NCBI GenBank assembly: GCA_951406725.2
Contig: OX597822.1
Location: 115,568,001-115,632,000 of the forward strand
DNA length: 64,000 bases
Direction of reading: 5' to 3'
DNA from: Octopus vulgaris
Taxonomy: Eukaryota
Below the pieces are notes generated by a model. It was given only the letters and a program-made list of their open reading frames with translations. It ran no database searches and was not told where the DNA came from. Made by a program: the position numbers and the translations under genes. Positions 55,097-64,000 of the stretch are shown in pieces; position 1 is the stretch's first letter, and each line of letters begins with the position of its first letter.

Positions 55097-55229
55097 TTCA
55101 GTTCACCACCTGGAATCGAACTCGGAATCTTGGGGTTAGTAGCCCGCGCCATATGCCCATGGCGTAGTGGTTAAGAGCGTGGGATACTAACCCCAAGATT
55201 CCGAGTTCGATTCCACGCAGTGACCTGAA
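55097..55229. mobile_element. Head-to-head tRNA-like palindrome between (ATT)n and (AAT)n
   Basis: Arms 55097-55149 and 55177-55229; box A TGGCGTAGTGG, box B GAGTTCGATTCC. Confidence 0.8.
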
Positions 55230-55246
55230 CAACAACAACAATAATG

Positions 55247-55315
<69 letters not shown>

Positions 55316-55462
55316 TTGCACTACTAGGCACTGCACACATCCTACGCAGAACACTTTCCATACAATAACCATCGGAGCATCACAACAAATCACAGCACAT
55401 ACCCAAGGCACACAGAGCTGCGCTCGGTAGTGAAGTGAAGCGCGCTATAAAAATAAAACTAC
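55316..55462 (+). mobile_element. R4/Dong LINE extreme 3' end in (TAA)n
   Basis: IALLGTAHILRRTLSIQ*. Confidence 0.75.
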
Positions 55463-55558
<96 letters not shown>

Positions 55559-55614
55559 TAATAACATCGAAAAATACCTTAGAAATGAGAACCCAGGTTC
55601 CAACTTTCCCCAAG

Positions 55615-55657
55615 ACACCTGAAGAAGGCTGGAGGGTATATCAGCCGAAACTTGTGT
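55615..55657 (+). ncRNA. Minimal hammerhead-like motif (stem III one base short)
   Basis: ACAC-CTGAAGA-A-GGCTG gagggtatat CAGCC-GAAA-C-TT-GTGT. Confidence 0.65.
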
Positions 55658-56214
55658 TAACAACAAACAAGATGAGGAACAATATCCGTCAAATGTAAAT
55701 AATGTAAATAATGTGAATAATGTACATAATTCCTCATCTCTTAAATATAGAACTGTATCAATATCGATGATTAGAACATGTAAAAATGAGACCCGAATGC
55801 AAAATGTTCTAATTGATCATGCATTTTGAACTTACAAGCCACCACCCATAGGATACCCTTACCAAACGCCTTTGGAATTCCGTCAAGAGCATGCCCTTAT
55901 TCAACCTGCAGACTAATAAGTGGAAAAATGTAGCCGAAAGTCTAAGAACTGGAAGCCTGCCTGAGGAGAAAAAAGTTGTAGGTGCGGATTAGATTTTACA
56001 TCAATACATTGAAGGAAAATGTCTCGAAAGAAAAGGGAACTTCACAACAGCTTCAGCGAAAAGGATCGTCTCAGCAATTTTTGTGCCTATTTTGTGGCTA
56101 ACGATTCATCTCCGATATAAGATGTCACAATCCTGAAAATGGTAATAAGAATAACCTCGATAAAGGAACCTCCAAATTACACACGGAAACTTTAAAATCC
56201 AGAGAGAGAGAGGG

Positions 56215-56247
<33 letters not shown>

Positions 56248-56254
56248 GAAGAAA

Positions 56255-56287
<33 letters not shown>

Positions 56288-56329
56288 GAAGGAAGAAAGA
56301 AAGAAAGAAAGAAAAAAAGAAGAAAATTT

Positions 56330-56655
56330 GCCTTGGTAAGTACTTTGGGTAATTGTCTTCAACTAAAGCCTCGGGCCATCCAAAGTCTCGTGAGTGGATT
56401 TGGTAGATGAAAACTGAAAGAAGCCCGTCGTATAAATATTATATATGTATATGTTTGTTTGTCCTCCCACTACAATTGCTTGATAACCGATGCTGGTCTG
56501 TTTACATCCCCGTAACTTAGCGGTTCGGCAAAAGAAACAGACAGAATAAGTACTAGGCTTACAAAGAATAAGTTCTGGGGTCGATTTGTTCGACTAAAGA
56601 CGGTGCTCCAGCATGGCCGCAGTCAAATCACTGAAACAAATGAAAGAATGAAAGA
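56330..56655 (+). mobile_element. SINE family A, head missing
   Basis: Family match. Confidence 0.85.
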
Positions 56656-56689
56656 ATGTATATATACTCCTGCTGTAAAATGTCCACTA

Positions 56690-57528
56690 CACTAACTGTC
56701 AAAATAATGATCAGGTCTATAATTAGTGTAGTGATAATTACCACCTCAGTTAGTACCACAACAATAATTATTGCAGCTTTAATTACCACACCATTATCAC
56801 AACAGGAATTAGCACAGCTATAACTGCCACAACGATAATTAAAACAGCTTTAATTACCACAACTCTAATTACCTCAGTTTTAATTAAAACATCTATTATT
56901 ACTACAGTTGTAATTGCCGCATCTATAATGTCGACAGTTATAATTAATGCAGCTGTAATTAACACGGCTTTAATTAACTACTGTCTCGAGTCGTATGACT
57001 CATAGGACCAATTACCCGCTTTCAAAGGTGTTTAAGTGACCGAGCTCACAGTATTCGTCGCAGATTTACTCATTTACACAAACAACGGGAAATGAAGTGT
57101 TTCGCTCAAGAATACAACGCACCGCCTGGTTCAGGAATCGAAACAACAATCTTGCAATCGTGGGTGCAACATCCTTACCATTAGAGCCGCGTAGCCTTCA
57201 CACAGCTATAATTAACTCAACACAATAACCAGATTATAATTACCACAAGTATAACTGCCACACTGTTTTTACCACAACAATAATTACTACAGATATAATT
57301 AACACAGTTACAATTACCAAGCTTTAATTACCAAAATTATAAATTACCACACCTATAATTACTGCAGCATTAATTAATAATTAGCAAAGCTTTAATTACC
57401 ATACCTATAACTTTCTCAACAATTACCAAGCTTTAATTACCAAAATTATAAATTACCACACCTATAATTACTGCAGCAATAATTAATAATTAGCAAAGCT
57501 TTAATTACCATACCTATAACTTTCTCAG

Positions 57529-57584
<56 letters not shown>

Positions 57585-57900
57585 TTATATATATATATAC
57601 CATAGCTATAGTTAACAAAGCTTTAATTGCCAGAGCAATAACTAACAGAGATTTTAATTACTACAGTTTTAATTATTTCAGCTATAACTCCCAAAGAAAT
57701 AATTAATACAGCAAAAATTAACACAGCTATAATTAGATCACATTAATTACCTCAGCAATAATTTCCACATCTATAATTACCAGAGCAATAATTAACACAC
57801 CGTTAATTAACTTAGCATTAATTATACTGATGTTAATCTCTACAATCTCTAATTACCACTGTTATAATTAACACAACTTTAATTACTTCAGTTTAATTAC
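56690..57900. repeat. Degenerate ~15-bp minisatellite (TAATTACCACAGCTA-like), interrupted by a SINE
   Basis: Periodic TAATTA; ~109-bp tandem duplication at 57311-57527. Confidence 0.8.
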
Positions 57901-58365
57901 TTCGTCTATGATTCATAATCATCAGTCGCTGATGACCCCTGACTCGAGTCTTGGGACTCATAAAGTTTATGACCCGATTTCCTTAGCGAGAAATAACTGA
58001 AATCACAACATTGTCCCTGAATGAGACGCCGGTCCCTCTCAATTTTCTATAATTACTACAGTTAATGAGGTGGCGAACTGGTAAAATCGTTTGCACGACG
58101 AGCAAATGCTTAGCGGCATTTCGTCCGTCTTTTCGTTTTGAGTTCAAATTTCCCCGAAGTCGACTTTACTCTTCCTCATTCATGTTTTGAAGCATTGTTT
58201 CGAAAGAAGGGCATGTCGATTACGTTGAACCCCACTCTTCAACTGCTACTTATTTTATCGACCTCTGAAAGGATGAAAAGCGAAGTCAACCTTCGCGGAA
58301 TTTGAACTCAAAATGCCACTAATCATTTTGTCCGATGCGGAAACGATTCTGTCAATTCACAGTCT

Positions 58366-58436
<71 letters not shown>

Positions 58437-58438
<2 letters not shown>

Positions 58439-59007
58439 GAACTTCACCATTCAAACTGACAGGAAGATAGATGCAAATAGGCCAGACATTATATTGAAAG
58501 ACTTCAGACAAAGAACATGCCTCCTCATTGATATGACTGTCCCAATCGATATAAACGTATCTGTCAAGACCTACCAAAAACTGAGCAAGTATAAAGATCT
58601 TGAAATAGAAATCAGCAAAATGTGGAAGCTGAAGACTAAAACAATACCTGTTGTCATAGGTGCCCTGGGAATGATAGCGAAAGGGACTGATTGCTACCTA
58701 ACTCAGATACCAGGAAACCCCAAAATGGCAGAAATTCAAAAGATAGTGCTCATGGGAACTGCTCATATCCTACGCAAAATACTCTCTATGTAATCCCAAG
58801 GTTTAAAACAAACTTTTTTGTTCATTTATTTAAATTAAAAAAATTTTTTTTTTAATTTTTTTTTATGTATTAGACATTCACTAGTACAACACCAAAAAAA
58901 AAAAAACCCCAAATATATGGCACAGAACTTCCAACCTGTTGTCTCTTGAGGTCTCTGGGTGAGACTTGGAGCCAACTTGTACAGACATAAAGCAAAAGTC
59001 AAACATA

Positions 59008-59008
<1 letters not shown>
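58437..59008 (+). mobile_element. R4/Dong-like LINE 3' end (restriction-like endonuclease domain) in (TAA)n
   Basis: WNFTIQTD..NRPDII..CLLIDMTVP..KLSKYKDL..PVVIGALG..GTAHILRK; open to the stop at 58793; (TAA)n on both sides. Confidence 0.9.
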
Positions 59009-59072
<64 letters not shown>

Positions 59073-59078
59073 GTAGTA

Positions 59079-59222
<144 letters not shown>

Positions 59223-59446
59223 CGTATTGAGAAGAGCATTGTCGATGTGAGAACTGTTGCTGCTCATGTATTTTAATTTAACTTAAAAAAAAAAAAAAAA
59301 AATGAACGAACTATTGAGTTTGGTTTAATGGCCTACCAATGTATACTATGAGTTTCTTTGCCCTAGGAGTCGGGAAGACACTCGGCAAGAAATGGAAGCA
59401 AATTTGAAAGAAGAAAAAAAAAATAATAATAATAATAATAATAATA

Positions 59447-59493
<47 letters not shown>

Positions 59494-59553
59494 TAATAAT
59501 AATAATAATGATAATGATGATGATGATGATTATTATTATTATTATCATTATCA

Positions 59554-59608
<55 letters not shown>

Positions 59609-59630
59609 CATTATTATTATTATTATTATT

Positions 59631-59857
59631 AGGTTAAGCAGTTGTGGTCGCTGAAAAGGTGGTAGTAGCACCAATAACTGTCGACGCCCTGGGAACAGCG
59701 AGTAAAAATCTTGAGAAGTATATGGAATAAATAGGGGCTGCAATAAGTGTGGAGCACTTGTAGAAAATAGCATTGCTTGGAACCGCTCGAATACTCCGGA
59801 TGGTAGTGAACAGCTGGTACTGAAGCACATCTCCAGCGTTAGCAGCTGTGTAAAGAC
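59631..59857 (+). mobile_element. R4/Dong 3' fragment, degenerate
   Basis: QLWSLKKV..ALGT..KIALLGTARILR with stops. Confidence 0.75.
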
Positions 59858-59868
59858 AATAATAATAA

Positions 59869-59899
<31 letters not shown>

Positions 59900-60961
59900 A
59901 AGAAGAAGAAGAAGAAGAAGAAGAAGAAGAAGAAGAAGAAGAAGAAGAAGAAGAAGAAGAAGAAGAAGAAGAAGAAGAATTATAATAATAATCCTTCCTA
60001 TTGTAGGCACAAAGCCTGAAATTCTGGACGATTACATCGACGCCAGTGCGTAACTGGTACTTATTTTATTGACCTCGAAAGGATGAAAGGCAAAGTCGAC
60101 CTCGGTGGCATTTGAACTCAGAACGTAAAGAGGAACGAAATGCCGCTTAAGCAGCAGCAGCAGCAGCAGAAGAAGAAGAAGAAGAAGAAGAAGAAGAAGA
60201 AGAAGAAGAAGAAGAAGAAGAAGAAGAAGAAGAAGAAGAAGAAGAAGAAGAAGAAGAAGAAGAAGAATTTCTAATCTTTGTCACAAGGGGTCAGAAATTT
60301 TGATAGATGGTTACAAATCAATTACATTGACCACAGTTCTTGGTTTGGACTTAATTTATCGAATCTGGAAGGATGGAAAACAAAAACAAATGAATGACAC
60401 ATTAAAAAAATCCAGCAAAAAATGTTTCTTAGTAATGGGGAAAACCACGAAGTGTAATTCGTGGGAAAAAAAAAAACCCTTATGGAACTCTGAAAATAGT
60501 CTGCCACATCCAAGTCTCAAAAGTCTCTTCTCTCTGTTTCTTTCCTACTTAGAAATGCCATTCAGCCTTGCAAGTCTTGTGCCCCCCTCTCTCCCCGACC
60601 TTTCATTAAACACACTAGGATGTAACACGTTCCTCTCTACCCTCATATCCGCTTCAAGTGGCACTTGAAGAAATTCATAAGAGCTTGGCCAGCGAGGAAA
60701 ATGTCTGCCTATAAAGCTTTCAGACGTGTCCAGAACACAATTTTTGTTCTCTTTTTCATTTTTTCATTTTTTTTTATTTGCATAATTTCTAGGCTAGACT
60801 CTAGGCCCGAAATTTGGGGAGGAACAGATTAAATCGATCCCGTTAATTGATTTTACCGATCCCGAAACGGCGAAGTGGTAAGCTGCTCTCGGCAAGGTTT
60901 GAACTCAGAACGTAAATAGCCGTAAATGAATGCTACAATGCATTTTTGTCCGACGCTCTGA

Positions 60962-61296
60962 GACCCCTTCGGTCATGACTGACCGTGGAATTGCACCTTG
61001 AAAGTTACCCTCCCAGGCACAAGTCCGGGCAAGGTTGTTTATGGAAGACCAGCAGTCGCCCATGCATACCGGCCTCCCTGCTCCACACCAATGATGTTAT
61101 CCAAGGGAAAGGCAAAGGGGCCGATACAGCTTGGCACCTGTGACGTCGCAACTCATTTCTACAGCTGAGTGAACTGGAACAACGTGAAATAAAGTGTCAT
61201 GCTCAAGAACACAACACGCAGCCCGGCCCGGGATTCGAACTCACAACCTCACGATCGTAAGCCCGACGCTCTAACCACTAAGCCATGCGCCTTCAC
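60962..61296 (-). mobile_element. SINE family C (long variant)
   Basis: Minus GGCGCATGGCTTAGTGGTTAGAGCG..GAGTTCGAATCCC. Confidence 0.88.
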
Positions 61297-62178
61297 TGGC
61301 GGAGATAACAATTAATTATTTTGACATCGGTATTTGACTTGCAACTAACCAATGCATATAGACAATCCGTATAAAGTTTGTTTCACTTTATATTATAGTC
61401 TTGTTATAATTTCCTGCAGAAAGCTGTTGGTTAATGCGCTGTGGTTGAGAAATAAGACGAAGATAGGTTCTAGACGGAAACATAACACTTCTTAATGAAA
61501 TGACAAGAATATTACAAAAAGCGGATGAAATGTATAAATAGTTGGGTGTGTTAACGGATGATAGTATGAAATCAGAATGTAATAAATATCATTAAAATCA
61601 CCAACGACACGTAGTCTCAATATTGAGATATACTCCGGCCTTGTGCCAAAATTTGAAACCAATATTGAGATACACTGCTGCCTTCATCGAATGATGATGA
61701 TGGTGAGATAAATTATTCGGTTAAAGAATATCACTTCCCACTAAACTACAGGATGCTGAAATATACAGCTGGTCACAACGTGCCTCCTCGCATTGTTGCC
61801 GCTTTCGGACGAGGCCACATCCCAGGCTAGGCTTGGCGGGTATGCAGCCAGGCCAACATTCCTCCTGAACGGAATGCCAGTCAGTTGCAAGCTTTAACCA
61901 TTTACAGCTGAATGGACTGAGCAACGTGAAACGAAGTGTTTTACTCAATATCACAACGTGCCGCCGCTCTGGGAATGGAAAAGACAACCTTGTGAACATA
62001 AGGGCAACACCCTTACCACTTGATCATGAGCCTTCATAATGTGTGTCTGTCTGTGTGTGTGCATCCTTTATCTTTTATTTGTTTCAGTCATTAGACTGTG
62101 GCCATGCTGGGACACTACCATGAAATTTTAGTCGAAAGAATCGACCCTAGTACTTCTTTTTTAACACTTCTCGTATAT

Positions 62179-62250
<72 letters not shown>

Positions 62251-62304
62251 GCAGCATATTAAAATACCTTTAAAGGTTAAAATTATAAACAACTTTAAAA
62301 TTTT

Positions 62305-62578
62305 AACCAGTGGTTAGAGCAGCGGACTCGCGATCGGAGATTGCGGTTTCGATTCCCAGACCGGGCGTTGTGTGTGCTTATTGAGCGAAAACACTTAAAA
62401 GCTCCACGAGCCTCCGGCAGGGGGTAGTGGCGACCCCTGTTGCTCTCTTTCGCCCCAACTTTCTCTCACTCTGTCTTCTTGTTTCTTGAGTAACGCTGCG
62501 ATGGACTGGCATCCCGTCCAGCTGAGGGGGAACACATACGCCACAGAAACCGGGAAGGCTAGGCTTGAAAAGGGCAAC
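62305..62578 (+). mobile_element. SINE family C group
   Basis: Homologous to 8665-8972 and 30791-31045. Confidence 0.8.
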
Positions 62579-64000
62579 GTTTTAGATATATATATATTTC
62601 AAAACTAAGTGGAAAGAAGAATCTGCTAGTGGAATGTTTAAATATAAGGATAATAGGTTACATCGGCGAAATAGTGTTGACAGATTGTATAACCAATCGC
62701 AGACGGAAGGAAAGGGATTGCCAGTGTAACATTATTTTTAACAGTTGTAAGTAGGTTAAGAAGTCCGCCAAGACACATAAAAGGAAGGTTTTATATGTGT
62801 GCAGATAGGGAAGTCAATGGTGAATACACGGAAGCAGAAAAGGATTAGAAAATACACTGGAAAAGTAAAAATGCTACATGATTAGCAGGAGAGTAAGCAG
62901 CGGTGTTGGGGATTTGATTGGGTTTGAAGGCAGCAAACAGGGGACATACCTGAAAAGGAATGACGAGCTTGGTCGCATAGGATGAAATGTGTAAGAAGGA
63001 AAGAAAAAAGCGATTCCTATAACAGTGTAAGAACAAGTAATTAAAAGAAAACTTTATTAAAGCAAGAAAACGTAAGAGAAGTCAACGAAATAGTGAATGA
63101 AGATTGTGTGTTAATGTAGACGGCCATAATGCTGTGTTGCTAGTGTCGATGGGAGCTAAGAATCATGATAATGGTGACGGCAGTTAAGAAGGATATTATA
63201 GTGGTGGTGGTGGTGGTGGTGGTAGTGGTGGTGGTGGTGGTGGTGGTAGTGGTGGTGGTGGTGGTGGTGGTGGTGGTGGTCGTGGTGGTGGTCGTTGGGG
63301 CGGCGACGGCGAAGGGAAGCATAGCGGTAATATCGATGATGTTGGACATTGAGGTTGAGGTGGTGGAGACGGTTGCAGTGATTTTGGTGGTGGTGGTGGT
63401 GATGGCGGTGGCGTTTGTAACAGAGACATTGGTGGTGGCGGTGACGACGACGGCAACGGTGGGGGCGGTGGTGGTGATGATGTTTTCAGTTTGTCGACAC
63501 CCATAAAATATGCTTTTAGAAAAATGCATGAAATTCCATATGAATTCCAAATTATAAAACTTGAAACCTGAACACAAAGAAAAACATGGCTGTCAGATTT
63601 GAACGATTACCACCTCCATATAAACCATCAAAAACTATTGACCCACTAAGATCAAATGATGTTAACAGAGGCGGGGAGGACAAACATTTTTACACACAAA
63701 CTCAACAGATGCACCAACTGTGAAAACGAAACTATGTGGGAATTATTATACTTGGCTGTTTATGGCAAATAATTACATAGTGAAAAACAAAAGGAATTAA
63801 GGACAAAAATGTTGTTTAGTCATTTCAATGGTCGTAATTAAGTTTTATAACAATAACGCCACCTGGTCCTTGAGTGCCCCGAGCATAGTTCACTCTGTTG
63901 TGAGTGCTCGAGCAAGTGCACCGGTTTCCTTCCAACCCACGTTGTTTGTTTTCCATAAAAACTGAGCTGCAGATGTTACATCAACATCACATGCTTGGGA

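Noticed and set aside
55155-55229. Functional tRNA gene
   Set aside because: No proper acceptor stem or T-run terminator; treated as a tRNA-derived repeat.
56690-57900. CRISPR-like array
   Set aside because: Eukaryotic context, no conserved repeat with unique spacers, and no cas genes.
63140-63577. Thr-rich mucin-like or poly-Pro ORFs
   Set aside because: Derived from a (GGT)n microsatellite; only a lone acceptor-like site nearby.

Overview
This is a eukaryotic, AT-rich, microsatellite-saturated window. The SINE families and repeat landscape look like a coleoid cephalopod (Octopus-like; inferred). No host gene can be confidently identified, and most track ORFs are artefacts of (TA)n, (CA)n or (TAA)n runs. 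Recognisable content: a young Tx1/L1-type LINE (zinc-knuckle ORF1; ORF2 open for 533 codons to the window edge), Penelope-like elements (PLEs), R4/Dong-type LINE pieces in (TAA)n, CR1/RTE fragments, Tc1, DD37D-mariner and pogo fossils, a Helitron 5' half, MITEs, three tRNA-derived SINE families and a dispersed 5S rRNA copy abutting a SINE. The most notable signal is a set of short, mostly non-coding PLE-type units inserted in microsatellites. They have an inverted-repeat-plus-tail architecture and carry minimal type I hammerhead ribozymes with palindromic stem III. One is a perfect 161-bp-arm palindrome holding two intact hammerheads (15966-16292). At least six unrelated hammerhead sequence types occur. 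Weaker candidates are a CpG-rich promoter/first exon near 38.4-38.75 kb and possible minus-strand exons at 40.6-41.8 kb. All calls are by eye; no database search or folding was run.
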